32,125 nucleotides of DNA from Macrostomum lignano (taxonomy: Eukaryota), in contig NIVC01004892.1 in NCBI GenBank assembly GCA_002269645.1, positions 1 to 32,125 of the forward strand, in the 5' to 3' direction. The notes below the pieces were generated by a model. The model saw only the letters and a program-made list of their open reading frames with translations. It was not told the origin of the DNA and did not search any database. Below, in pieces: positions 12,225 through 25,292 of the stretch; position 1 is the first letter of the stretch; each line of letters begins with the position of its first letter. The position numbers and the translations under genes are program-made.

Positions 12225-13298
12225 TCTCAACATGACTCTCACCATGTCTCTATGGCTCTCACCATTTCTATGACTCTCATCATGTTTATGACTCCCACCA
12301 TGTCTATGACTTTCACCATGTCTATGACTCTCACCATTTCTATGACTCTTACCATGTCTATGACTCTCACCATTTCTATGACTCTCACCATGTCTATGAC
12401 TCCCACCATGTCTATGACTTTCACCATGTCTATGACTCCCACCATTTCTATGACTCTTACCATGTCTATGACTCTCACCATTTCTATGACTCTCACCATG
12501 TCTATGACTCCCACCATGTCTATGACTTTCACCATGTCTATGACTCCCACCATGTCTATGACTCTCACCATGTCTATAACTCTCACCATGTATATGACTC
12601 CCACCATTTCTATGACTCTCACCATTTCTATGACTCTCACCATGTCTATGACTCCCACCATGTCTATGACTTTCACCATGTCTATGACTCTCACCATTTC
12701 TATGACTCTTACCATGTCTATGACTCTCACCATTTCTATGACTCTCATCATGTTTATGACTCTTACCATGTCTATGACTTTCACCATGTCTATGATTCTC
12801 ACCATGTCTATGATTCTCACCATGTCTATAACTCTCACCATGTCTATAACTCTCACCATGTCTATAACTCTCACTATGTATATGACTCTCACCATGTCTA
12901 TAACTCTCACCATGTATATGACTCCCACCATTTCTATGACTCTCATCACCATGTCTATGACTGTCACCATGTCTATGTCTCTCACCATGTCTATGACTGT
13001 CACCATGTCTATGACTCTCACCATGTCTATGACTCTCACCATGTCTGTGGCTCTCACCATGTCTGTGGCTCTCACCATGTCTATGACTGTCACCATGTCT
13101 ATGACTCTCACCATGTCTATGACTGTCACCATGTCTATGACTCTCACCATGTCTATGACTCTCACCATGTCTATGACTCTCACCATGTCTGTGGCTCTCA
13201 CCATGTCTGTGGCTCTCACCATGTCTATGACTTTCAAAATGTCTATGACTCTCACCATGTCTATGACTCTCACCATGTCTATGACTCTTACCGTGTCT
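12225..13298. repeat. 18-bp minisatellite CTATGACTCTCACCATGT, about 60 units (copy 1)
   Basis: Read directly; open in three frames (MTLTMS, HRHGES, VIDMVR). Confidence 0.97.
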
Positions 13299-13544
13299 CT
13301 GAAGCGGCAGGAACTCTGCATAATTGACACGCGCGCACATAGAAGAGGTAACTAAAAAACTTAAGTTTCGCAACCCGACTTTCCGGCCCGGTAAGAGGCC
13401 CCGCATTTCTGCCGGTAAAGCAATTATTCAATTAACCGTAGAAAGGTAAAACCTGGCGCAGACAGACGGGCGTCAGAGTAGAGGCTGAAAGCTACGAACT
13501 CGTAACTTACAAGCTTTCACGTGATCCTGTTGTCGGCATTAAAA

Positions 13545-14480
13545 TCTCCTGACAATCTCTCCCTTGAGAATCTGTCCTTTGAGAATCTGTCCACTGAAAA
13601 TCTCTTCCCTGAGAATCTCTTCCCTGAAAATCTTTCGCCTGAGAAGCTCTTCCCTGAGAATCTCTCCCCTAGATTCTGTCACCTAAGAATCTCTCCCCAA
13701 GGAATCTCTCCCCAAGGAATCTCTCCCCAAGGAATCTCTCCCCAAGGAATCTCTCCCCAAGGAATCTCTCCCCAAGGAATCTCTCCCCAAGGAATCTCTC
13801 CCCAAGGAATCTCTCCCCAAGGAATCTCTCCCCAAGGAATCTCTCCCCAAGGAATCTCTCCCCAAGGAATCTCTCCCCAAGGAATCTCTCCCCAAGGAAT
13901 CTCTCCCCAAGGAATCTCTCCCCTGAGAATCCCGAGAATCTCTCCCCAGGGAATCTCTCCCCAGGGAATCTCTCCCCAGGGAATCTCTCCCCAGGGAATC
14001 TCTCCCCAGGGAATCTCTCCCCAGGGAATCTCTCCCCAGGGAATCTCTCCCCAGGGAATCTCTCCCCAGGGAATCTCTCCCCAGGGAATCTCTCCCCAGG
14101 GAATCTCTCCCCAGGGAATCTCTCCCCAGGGAATCTCTCCCCAGGGAATCTCTCCCCAGGGAATCTCTCCCCGGGGAATCTCTCCCCAGGGAATCTCTCC
14201 CCGGGGAATCTCTCCCCAGGGAATCTCTCCCCAGGGAATCTCTCCCTGAGAATTCAGGGAATCTCTCCCCAGGGAATCTCTCCTCTGAGAATTCTGAGAA
14301 TCTCTCCCCAGGGAATCTCTCCTCTGAGAATTCTGAGAATCTCTCCCCAGAGATTCTTTCCCCAGAGAATCTCTCCCCAGAGATTCTTTCCCCAGAGAAT
14401 CTCTCCCCAGAGATTCTTTCCCCAGAGAATCTCTCCCCAGAGATTCTTTCCCCAGAGAATCTCTCCTCTGAGAATCTCTA
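13545..14480. repeat. 15-bp minisatellite GGAATCTCTCCCCA(A/G) with degenerate flanks and a 30-bp dimer block at the 3' end
   Basis: Read directly; homogeneous CCCCAA block about 13690-13915 and CCCCAG block about 13935-14240. Confidence 0.97.
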
Positions 14481-14976
14481 CCCTTACAGCCACATTAGAA
14501 TCTCACTCCTCTTAGAATTCTCACTCTCATGGAATGTCTGGCTTCAGAATCCCACCCTTCAGAAACTCTCTTATCAGAATCTTAATCCCCATAATTCTAC
14601 CCTAGCATTTTAGGCGAAACATTTCATAAATTAGTCAGAAAAGACAATTTTGCACTCTCGAACAGACCAGCCAGAATCTTCTTCAGCCCGGGAGCAGAAA
14701 TCAATACCACCAATGCCAATTCCCTTAGCGTACTAAAACAGTCAAATAGGATTTATGGAAGTTCTTTTAGAAGACAGCAAGCAAGGCAAAAAAGCGAGTT
14801 TTTTACTCTTTTTGCCGGCTGTTCGTTGCTTTAGTGTGGAAGTCATATTTCCCCACAGAAATTTTCTACTAGAAGCAGCAGACTTTAGAAAAATTTAAGC
14901 AAGGGAGGGGATTAGAAAATTATGCAAAACAGGCAAAAGTTGCAGCTTGTGAAGACGCCAAAAATTGGATTGAAAA

Positions 14977-15000
14977 AGAGAGAGAGAGAGAGAGAGAGAG
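14977..15000. repeat. (GA)n tract
   Basis: Read directly. Confidence 0.9.
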
Positions 15001-16312
15001 GGGGGAGATTAAACGCTTAAAGGTTGCAGGCAGGAGGCTGTCTGGATACTGTGGCAGCTGGGCTGATCAAATCGCAGACCAATACTGAGCTGACGGCGCA
15101 ATTAGCCATTCTGGGTGAGACGGCGGAGCCGATAAAGATTTCGAAGAAACCGGCAGAACGAAGGTAACTTTACTCGTCCGATCGGGGAGAATACGCGATG
15201 AGGTGGCGGGGTCTCCAATGTAAAGAATTGCCCTAGCGCTAGGGAGTGAATGAGTCACAGGGCTGAGGAGATTAAGGGGGGTCGGAGAGTGAGGAAGGCG
15301 GAGTAGGGATGGAGGGTCGGGCCCAGCTTCCCTCCCAACCAGCTCCCGGCCGAATTGAAATCCCAATGGGGATTCCGGCTTTTTTGGGGGAGAATGATCA
15401 CGAGGATCCAAGCGGAAAGCGGTTTCACTCCCTCTCTCTCTCTCTCCCTCCACTTCACGATAACGAGCAGCAGTAAAAAGTTGAAGGGTGGGTGGGCGGA
15501 GGTGAGAGCATGATAGAGTGAAGTCGGGAGAAGAAAGGGGGACTCGGCAGCAGAATAGCTGAAGTCAAAACCGCGAAAAACGAGTCCAACTCCGCAGATC
15601 CGTGTCTGCAGCTCTTTGTTCTGCGACTGCATGGCATCGCGCAGAGAGCCAGAAGCAGAAATTACTGCTCACACAGTTTTGTAAAAAGCTGAGAACGCAT
15701 CTATTGCTTCACAGATTTGACCGACCCGGGTCTCGCACCGCTGCCCGTTATGCAGTAGCTTCATCGATTTGAGCTGCTGCTGGGGCTGAGAGGGGGTAGG
15801 GCAGGTCGGGGCTTCTTACCTGTCAGTCACTCCTGCAGCTGGTATTTGTCCATGCCTGAAGTCCGGTCAGGTGAGAAGAGAGCTGACTGTGGACTGCAAG
15901 AGTTGAGTTCAGCTGCGAGAAGCAAAACTGTAACCCTCTCTTAAGCCCTTCTGGGCTCAGCGATAATTGGCTTCCTTTCTCGCCAGTTCATAGAGCGAGG
16001 CGCTATTGTGGCCCGTGAGGTCTCTGGGGACTTCACTCGAGTGAAAGCGAATGGGGCCACTTACTTACACTGTACTCGCTGCTGTAGAGGCGATAATAGA
16101 TAGACACCAATAATAGACTATAAAATCTGTCTGGGAAGGCGTGGCGAATTGTGTTTGGTTTCTATTTAAAACTATTTTTGTCTGTGAGAGGCTTGCTTTA
16201 CTGCCTTCAATTACGAGTACATTTTTATACAAGATCTGGTTGCTAAGTGCATTTTGCTTATACAAAGTATTGGTTGTGTAAGATGTACCAGCAGCAATGT
16301 ATAGCTTTTTTC

Positions 16313-17158
16313 TCAGAGATTGAGAGAGGGGAGAGACTGAGAGAAGACGGAGACTGAGAGAGGACAAAGACTGAGAGAGAGGACAAAGACTGAGAGAGAG
16401 GACAAAGACTGAGAGAGAGGGCAGACTGAGAGAGAGGGTAGAGACTGAGAGAGGGCAGAGACCGGGAGAGGACAGAGACTGAGAGAGGGCAGAGACTGAG
16501 AGAAAGAGGACAGAGACTGAGAGAGGGCAGAGACTGAGAGAGGGCAGAGACTGAGAGAAAGAGGACAGAGACTGAGAGAGGGCAGAGACTGAGAGAGGGC
16601 AGAGACTGAGAGAGAGAGGACAGAGACTGAGAGAGAGAGGACAGAGACTGAGAGAGGGCAGAGACTGAGAGAGGACAGAGACTGAGAGAGAGAGGACAGA
16701 GACTGAGAGAGGGCAGAGACTGAGAGAGGACAGAGACTGAGAGAGAGAGGACAGAGACTGAGAGAGGGCAGACTGAGAGAGAGGGTAGAGACTGAGAGAG
16801 GGCAGAGACCGGGAGAGGGTAGAGACTGAGAGAGGGCAGAGACTGAGAGAGAGAGGACAGAGACTGAGAGAGGGCAGAGACTGAGAGAGAGGGCAGAGAC
16901 TGAGAGAGAGGGCAGAGACTGAGAGAGAGCAGACTGAGAGAGAGGGCAGAGACTGCGAGAGGGCAGAGACTGAGAGAGAGGGCAGAGACTGAGAGAGAGG
17001 GCAGAGACTGAGAGAGAGGGCAGAGACTGAGAGAGAGGGCAGAGACTGAGAGAGAGGGCAGAGACTGAGAGAGAGGGCAGAGACTGCGAGAGGGCAGAGA
17101 CCGGGATAGGTCAGAGACCGAAAGAGAACAGAGATGGAGAGAGGGCAGAGACTGAGAA
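16313..17158. repeat. Purine-rich 16-20-bp repeat GAGA(GA)GGGCAGAGACT / GAGGACAGAGACT
   Basis: Read directly. Confidence 0.95.
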
Positions 17159-17835
17159 GGAGCCACTGGTGGACCTGGATATTTGGAGTCGGGCAGTCGA
17201 GCGGCGCGGATATCAGATTTCGGTGGCCAGGAAGTCACGGAGGACTTCAATATAGAAATCATACTGACAGGTTTCTGGCTCTAAGCAGGTCCGAGAACCG
17301 AGCAGGCCAAAAAAGATTTCGCCGCCATCATCTGATCGGTATCAAGTTTGAAAAGAAAGAAATACACAGGAGGGTTTGAGCAGGGCGCGGCCCGCAGCTG
17401 TCAGAAAAGCTAAAAATCCCTATTCTTCCCTTGATCTCATGCGAGCTCCGCTGCCCGCAGTTGGCTTATCTTTCTACACGAATGAGTCCCAATTTCTGTG
17501 GATTCGAAGCCCACTGGCACGCACTGGGACACGGCGCAATGGACATAGTTTTGCTTCCGCGTCGTTCAATCCATTATTCCCGCGCATTCTGCTTTGGTGG
17601 CTGAGTTCTCTCATTTGAGTTGGCCCGCATTGGGACTGCTCTGGGGGGCTCGCATTTTCCCTTTAATTTCTATTAAATTGTTGTTTTCAATTGAGAGCAA
17701 ACAAAAAAATTTTGAGCCATCTTTTTTTCGTCATCGATTGAAAGGATTGTCAAACTCCGGCCCGTGAAGCCTCTGTATCCGGCCCTCGGGTCCTTTGAAA
17801 CTTCACAATAGCAACCCGGATCACTCTTGGCTTGT

Positions 17836-18428
17836 GTCTCTTCTCAGCTCTCCTCTCTCTTCTCGCTTCTCGCTTCTCTCTTCTCTCTTCTCTTCTCTCT
17901 TCTCTCTTCTCTCTTCTCTCTTCTCTCTTCTCTCTTCTCTCTTCTCTCTTCTCTTCTCTCCTCTCTTCTCTCTTCTCCTCTCTTCTCTCTTCTCTCTTCT
18001 CTCTTCTCTCTTCTCTCTTCTCTCTTATCTCTTCTCTCTTCTCTCTTCTCTCTTCTCTCTTCTCTCTTCTCTCTCCTCTCTTCTCTCTTCTCTCTTCTCT
18101 TCTCTCTTCTCTCTTCTCTCTTCTCGCTTCTCTCTTCTCTCTTCTCTCTTCTCTCTTCTCTCTTCTCTCTTCTCTCTTCTCTTCTCTCTTCTCTCTTCTC
18201 TCTTCTCTTCTCTCTTCTCTCTTCTCGCTTCTCGCTTCTCTCTTCTCTCTTCTCTCTCTTCTCTCTTCTCTCTTCTCTCTTCTCTCTTCTCTCTTCTCTT
18301 CTCTCCTCTCTTCTCTCTTCTCTCTTCTCTCTTCTCTCATCTCTCTTCTCTCTCCTCTCTTCTCTCTTCTCTCTTCTCTCTCATCTCTTCTCTCTCATCT
18401 CTTCTCTCTCATCTCTTCTCTCTCTTTC
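17836..18428. repeat. Polypyrimidine (TTCTCTC)n/(TTCTC)n tract, about 590 nt
   Basis: Almost exclusively C/T on the + strand. Confidence 0.97.
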
Positions 18429-19433
18429 TATTCCCTCAGCTTTCCTCTCTGATCTGGCCAGCAGCCATAAGCTGGATATTTTATGTGAGTCAAGACGCCT
18501 TTCTCCTATTGGACTTCCCCGCTGCACCCCCCTGAATTTGATAGAGCCGAGAGAGCTTTGAAGAAAATAGAGTTGAACAAGCAAGGTTTGCAGTCCAGAT
18601 TCAGTATGCAGCAGTCCATGACAGCCCAGAACCGGAGCCTGAGTGAGTAAACACAGACTGGGGAGTTGGGAAGGACCCGAGATCGAACCCCACTGAGGCT
18701 CCGAGTTGGCCTATACAAACGCATGTGTGCTCAGTCGCATAAACTAATGTGTACACATTGCTGTGTACCCCCCACTTATAGTTCTTATAGAGGATCCGGG
18801 AGCTGTCAGGCCGACAATGCCTCATCCCGTGCAGTCTTCCCCCAATTCTCCCTATCTTATATGAAGAGCCTCTTAATTACGCCTAGTCATTGCCCCCAGC
18901 TGCATTGCATCATGAAAAAAAAACGATTTTGACAGGTAGTCAAACAATACCGTATCCGGTATAAGTTTACGATTATAGTGGGGAATTAAAAGCGCGATTT
19001 CAGACGGATTAAAGGCAATAATCCGGTTCCATTGGCTTCTATATTGGCAGAAATGGGAATATTTGGAAAGCCAAAAGAAGCCCCGACAGCATCTGCTGCT
19101 GTCAGCAGCTCGGCTTTACCTGTAAGCCCGCCTTCATCATCTCTTACCTGGCTTATTGAAGCTTTCTGGACAGTTGCCAAGCTCCTTAAAAATGCTCCGA
19201 GCCCCCCCCCCCCCAGCAGTGGCTTTCAGTGCCCTGTCCGCTTCAATTTCGGCTGAATCTCCGTCTGGAAATCTGCCTGCTTTACAAGCAGAGAAAACAT
19301 GAAAGCATCTTGGGTCATTGGATTGCTGCCCGCCGAATAACAAGTGGCTGGGGGGGGGGGTCGGCTTGAATTCCCGTTGAGATTTTGGCCTCCCCTCTGT
19401 TGCTGCCTGATCAACAGCTGACTGCAGGACTTT

Positions 19434-19995
19434 GGACTCCTCACCATGTCTCTATAACTCTCACGATGTCTCTATGGCTCTCACCATTTCTATGACTCTC
19501 ACCATGTCTATGACTCTGACCATGTCTCTATGACTCTGACTATGTTTATGACTCTGACCATGTCTCTATGACTCTCACCATGTCTATGACTCTCACTATG
19601 TCTATATGACTCTCACCATGTCTATGACTCTCACCATGTCTATGACTCTGACCATGTCTATATGACTCTCACCATGTCTATGACTCTCACCATGTCTATG
19701 ACTCTGATCATGTCTCTATGACTCTCACCATTTCTATGATTCTCACCATGTCTATGACTGTCACCATGTCTCTATGACTCTGACCATATCTATGACTCTG
19801 ACCATGTCTCTACGAGTATGACTCTGACTATGTCTCTATGACTCTCACCATGTCTATGACTCTGACCATATCTATGACTCTGACCATGTCTCTATGACTC
19901 TCACCATGTCTATGACTCTGACCATGTCTCTATGACTCTCACCATATCTATGACTTTTACAATGTCGCCCTGACTCTTACATGTCTGACTCTCTA
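19434..19995. repeat. Second, more diverged array of the 18-bp CTATGACTCT(C/G)ACCATGT family (18-20-bp units)
   Basis: Same consensus and orientation as 12225-13298. Confidence 0.95.
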
Positions 19996-21881
19996 CATAT
20001 CAACCTTATCGATAGCAGGCAACCTAAGAATCCCCGGTCTCAGTCCCGGCCTGTCATTGGCCAACCCAAGCAGCCAATGAAATGCCTATGGGCTGCGTCC
20101 TATCCAACTAGTGTGTCCGACAGAGCACAGTGAGCATTGTATTTAATAGTAGCCAGTACTTACCCCCTAGCTCCCTAGCCTCAGCCCTCGCCTGCCAGAC
20201 AGTTAGCTCTCTTGCAACAACGATTTCTAAATCCTACTCATACTTTTTCTACTCCATTGAAGTCATCGAATGAGCAGCCAGCATGTACAGGCAGATGTGG
20301 GCACTCTAGTTGCAAAGACCTCGCTCTATGCTTATTATTATTAGTAACTAATCACATAAGTGCCTAAACTTTTCCTATTCGATACAGAAAATGAATAGCT
20401 ACATAAATATGATTTCATTCTTCGGTTTGCTGTTATCCATTGCGGTGCCTGCAGCTCATTCAGTTGAAAGCGGTAAGCGGTTAATCCTTAATTCCATAAC
20501 TGTGCATTAGAGCTACTGTTGACAATATCAGCCAGCGCTGACTCATTCGCTGACAGTTGCTAACTTGTCAGCTGGTCCCGATCTGACTCAACAACCGAAA
20601 CCCTCACTGTCTTAAATATAAAGTTCTAAAGCCACCCCCCCCCCCCTAGCTGAACTTTTAAAGCCCCAGCTAACTGAAAAATGACTCACAAAGTTCGAGT
20701 TTGAGACATTACTCCAAAATGACTGACAGGTTGTGTCGCTTCTATACATTTGTTTGTACACGCTTGGCTTGAGGCGAGACAAGAGAAGGTAGCTGAGGGT
20801 GCTCATGCAGTTATGGGACAGTGGGTGATGATGATGCGTGTTTCAACACTTTCCTGCTTGCAGTTTCCTCAATGAACGCTTGCTGCTGGGGAGGCTGGGA
20901 GACCCAGGGGTGATGGTGGCGGCGGTGGCTGGCTGTCTCTTGGCCTCATTGTCGAGAGTGACTCATGCTGATGCTACGGCAGCCAAACTATACTTCTGCA
21001 TTGAATGATGCCAACAGAAATTGACTCAATAAAATTAATTAAATAAATGTTCGAGCATGAGAAACTTCAACTGAATTTCTGTCTGGGGGGGCAGCTTTGA
21101 CTCTCAGCTTACGGCCGGGTTGCGGCGTGGGGAGTTGAGGAAGATCAGATAATGAAAACTGTCTAAAAACTGTCCACTTCTTCGACTTCTTACGTAACCA
21201 GTCCGGCGCTGGAATGCAGATAAAGACGGACAGAAAGAGAAACAGACACCCTCTCAGGAGAGAGCAGGAGATACCCCTGTGCGGTCTCCTCTGGAAATCC
21301 TGCATGGCATCGAGAGACGGATTCTGACCGCTTCATCTACCCCCCCCAAATGCCGGTCCATCACTGCCTGTCCCATTGTTTATGCCGAAATTCTTTCCAG
21401 TTTTTCTTTTTCGGTTTTTGGTTCCTTCTTATCTGTAACGGTCCGTCTCGCTTCACCTCTGGCCTCTAACTAATAGATAGATAGTTCGCTGTGTCTGGCC
21501 ACCCGCCCGAGTCAGTTCAGAGAGAGAGGCACCTGTTGCTTTCCGTCTCCACCCCACCCTCACAGGTCCCTGTGTAGCCATTTCTCTCTTCTTTTCCTAA
21601 AGTTATTATGATTTTGCAACTCTAAGAAGCTTTATAACTGTTTCTATTCTTTATCTTAGCCAGGCTTAGTATGAATAGCGATATTTTATAAATAATTAAT
21701 TGCGCAAGTTTAACTGCTGCATTTCAGTCAATTTTACGGAAACTAACTTTCTAATTTTTTCATAATTTATTGCGAATTAATCTGCATTTGTTGTAATTTT
21801 GAGTTTAGCTCTGTCACACTGACTTTATCCCCTCTTTCTCGCTTTCTTGTCTATCTTAAAACTGCATCTCTACCCTTCATC

Positions 21882-22378
21882 TTCCTATCCCTCACCCTGC
21901 ATCTCTACCCTTCATCTTCCAGTTTCACTCTAATGCTATCTTTACCCTTACATATCTAATCTTCATCTTCCACTCTCATGCTATCCCTCACCCTGCATCT
22001 CTACCCTGCATCTCCCACTCTCATGCTATCCCTCACCCTGCATCTCTACCCTGCATCTCCCACTCTCATGCTATCCCTCACCCTGCATCTCTACCCTGCA
22101 TCTCCCACTCTCATGCTATCTCTCACCCTACATATCTAATCTTCATCTTCCACTCTCATGCTATCCCTCACCCTGCATCTCTACCCTGCATCTCCCACTC
22201 TCATGCTATCTCTCACCCTGCATCTCTACTCTGCATCTCCCACTCTCATGCTATCTCTCACCCTACATATCTAATCTTCATCTTCCACTCTCATGCTATC
22301 TCTCACCCTACATATCTAATCTTCATCTTCCACTATCATACTATCCCTCACCCTGCATCTCTACCCTTCATCTCACTA
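21882..22378. repeat. 45-bp minisatellite TCATGCTATCCCTCACCCTGCATCTCTACCCTGCATCTCCCACTC, two variant types
   Basis: Unit starts at 21976, 22021 and 22066; internal CCCTGCATCT subrepeat. Confidence 0.93.
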
Positions 22379-23683
22379 TCCTTCACAGAAGCTCCTTTTG
22401 TCTGCCTATCTATCTTGTCTTATCCTTATCTCTTCTACCATTCTCTTATTGACATTTATACTTCTCTCTTTGTCTCTCACAAGTCTATTTTTTCCTAAAA
22501 GTTTCTGAATCCTTTCTACACACAATAACTTACTTCTCCGCGCTTTGCCCCCTGAAATTGAAAGCCCTTAACTACGCTACAATCGCAGCGAGCGATACCC
22601 TACTCAAACTTCGCTTCCTTGACCCTTCAGAGAAACAAATCGCTAATCCCTATCGCAGGAGCGTGACCCTCTTCACTGGGTTAGAAGGAGCTTTGTTTGC
22701 CCAGAAGTGGCCACCGCAGCAGCAGCCCTCCCAGCTCACGATGAGGAATCCTGGACCGGGGCCCCGTCTTCTCCCAGTTCATGATTTCGAGTGCAGTCAG
22801 GAGACCAGAGGGGCCAACTGTTGAAACAGGGTGGGGAGGGGCATTCTCTTCTGGAGTGCTTCTTTGCGCCTCCCTGCAGGGGTGCTTAGGCATTATATCT
22901 ATCCTATCGCTTTTAAAAGCAAACCTTTTTTCTGCATTCCTATCTCTGCTGCTAGAGCCAGTTGCCTGTAGAAGAAGCCCTCAGACTACCCGCGGATACC
23001 ACCCCTCCTAATGGTGACCAGGTTTTTTAAAAATGAGTTTCACTCCCTATCCGGGGCTCCCCGTGTTCCTGAAGCACCTTGTCAAGCTGTCGCCTCAGCA
23101 CCAGATGCGCTGCAGTTTTTTTCTTCTGAAATAAAACACTTGTCAATTTATATCGACAGCCAGCCATTCTAAATTGGCTTTTTTTGATAATTTTGCTATG
23201 ATGAATCCATTACTCAATTCTTCAGCCTCTTCAGAGCCTCAATACAAATGCATAATGCAGACGCTGGAGCCAGGGGGGGGAGATGTATTGATGAAGAACA
23301 ATCATCAGTCTCTGCTCGATTTTCTCACTGTCTGTTTGCGCAATGGACTCAAATTACCCAAATAACTGGCTGAGCTCGGGGGGGGGGTGACGCCAACAGT
23401 TGCGAGAAACGGGCCCGGCTGTCCTGGTCGAATGACGAAGTCTGCGCCAAACCGAAATCTGAGAGACAGGAAGGCGGGAGACAAGCGAGCATAAATCACG
23501 ATGAAGGCCTCATATTTTATGCAGCCTCACGACTGCCACTTTCTCAATCATCCCCCGTCTCTTGCCGAACCGCATCGGCTCAAATCTCGTCACGTTTTTG
23601 GTCTTTTTTTAAAAATCGCCCGACTGACTACCGAATTTGGTTTTAACTTGGCTGTTGGTCTGGCTGAGAAATCCTCGCGTATT

Positions 23684-24150
23684 CTCTCGTCTCCCTCTCA
23701 GTCTCCCTCTCAGTCTCCCTCTCAGTCTCCCTCTCAGTCTCCCTCTCAGTCTCCCTCTCAGTCTCCCTCTCAGTCTCCCTCTCAGTCTCCCTCTCAGTCT
23801 CCCTCTCAGTCTCCCTCTCAATCTCCCTCTCAGTCTCTCTCTCAGTCTCCCTCTCAGTCTCCCTCTCAGTCTCCCTCTCAGTCTCTCTCTCAGTCTCCCT
23901 CTCAGTCTCCATCTCAGTCTCCATCTCAGTCTCCTTCTCAGTCTCCTTCTCAGTCTCCTTCTCAGTCTCCCTCTCGTTCTCCCTCTCAGTCTACCTCTCG
24001 TTCTCCCTCGCAGTCTACCTCTCGTTCTCCCTCGCAGTCTCCCTCAAAGTCTTCCTCTCAGTCTCTCTCAGAGTCTCGCTTCTAAATCTCCAACTCATTC
24101 TCCATCTCAGACTTCCTTTCAGTCTCCATCTCAGCCTCCCTCTCAGTCTC
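23684..24150. repeat. 12-bp minisatellite TCTCCCTCTCAG, degenerating 3'-ward
   Basis: Read directly; explains the SPSQ, LPLS and ERET ORFs. Confidence 0.95.
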
Positions 24151-25221
24151 CCACGCAATCACTGTTCAGAACTGAAAGCTCAGAGCCTATCAATATTGAT
24201 TGCCAGCCCAGAAGCGGATACCGCACTGACCGATCCGTCGTTTAACTTCTTTCAGAAACTCGCCCTCTCTGTCTTATTGAATTTGCTGCCTAAAAATATG
24301 CAGCTGCCCGCCATAGCTCAAGAAGTTATTAGATAGATACCGCCTACTGATATGAGCAGCTTGAGTGACTGCTCCCCGCTATCCTATACTCGTATCTGTC
24401 TCCATCTTAGATTTTTTCTCGGCCGGGTCTCAACTGGTGACGGCTGGCACGCCGCAGCCCCAGTCAGTAATTGAGTCTGCGACTGCCGTTCTCCCCTCGG
24501 CCTCTCTTTTGCGAATTATCCCCTCCCTCCCCGATCCCCCCCTCTCTCTCTCTCTCTTGATCCATTAGGATATTTTCCCCATAAACCCTCCGAAATGCGC
24601 AATCTCCCCAGAAGAGTAAGAGGAAAGGAAGTTCCTCTTCTTTATCGTTGCTGACCTCTCCCTCCGCTCTCTCTTGGCTGAACAGAGGAACTGAGAGAGA
24701 AGATAGGGATATAAGGGAGAGAACGACAGGAGGCGTTAAAAAAAGCAACCATATTTTTAGATGCTCCCATTTGAGCAATAGAAGAAAGGCTTGAGCACAG
24801 TATATCGCTGGGATAGGACGGGATTCAGATCCCTCCAAAATTGCCTGGCAAGCGGTGGTTATCCGGTAGTTAAGATCCCCATGGCTCAGTTTCACTACCA
24901 GTCAGGCCAAAAATTCCCCATTGACTGACTGAGCAGTGGCATCCCTGACTGCATCCCTATCCCCTCTCCCTCCCTAGCCCCACTCATGCCTTCAGCCCCC
25001 CCTGACTGCAATCTATTATTCAAACAATTTTTAAAATCATTTTATTAGAGAAAGAGAGGGCAATGCGGGGAAAGGAAGAAACTGTAAAAATGAGCTAGAT
25101 TTCAACATTGTTCGCTCAAGCCTTGAAAGCTGCGCTGCGCTTGAATCTCTAAAATCTTGATCAACTGCCGCAATTCAGTAAATTTGATCAGCCAACTCCC
25201 AACCTCTGCACCTGATTTCAG

Positions 25222-25292
25222 ATTCTCTGCTGGACACAGCTCGAGACTTCAGCGGCAGCTGGAACAACTGGGTGGTCAACAGGAAGGACGGG
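25222..25292 (+). CDS. Eph: Eph receptor exon 2, (H)SLLDTARDFSGSWNNWVVNRKDG, N-terminal part of the ligand-binding domain
   Basis: Acceptor TGATTTCAG| and donor GGG|GTGAGA; 71 nt, phase 1 to phase 0. The LLDT...W...G pattern matches the short Eph exon 2 (LLDS/T...LGW...G). Not present in the ORF track; found by reading. Confidence 0.85.

Larger units (their letters stand above)
6333..25221 (+). other. Eph intron 1 (about 18.9 kb, GT-AG, phase 1)
   Basis: GTAAGT at 6333 and TTTCAG ending at 25221. I recognised no other Eph-like exon inside it. Confidence 0.75.

Noticed and set aside
12207-13406. 399-aa His-rich (HRHGES)n ORF and overlapping MTLTMS and VIDMVR ORFs
   Set aside because: An 18-bp unit lacking stops in three frames; intronic, with no unique domain. 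The related array at 19434 has lost frame.
17440-17540. FLWIRSPLARTG as a candidate Eph exon 2
   Set aside because: No nearby donor and no LLD motif; 25222-25292 fits sequence, phase and splice sites.
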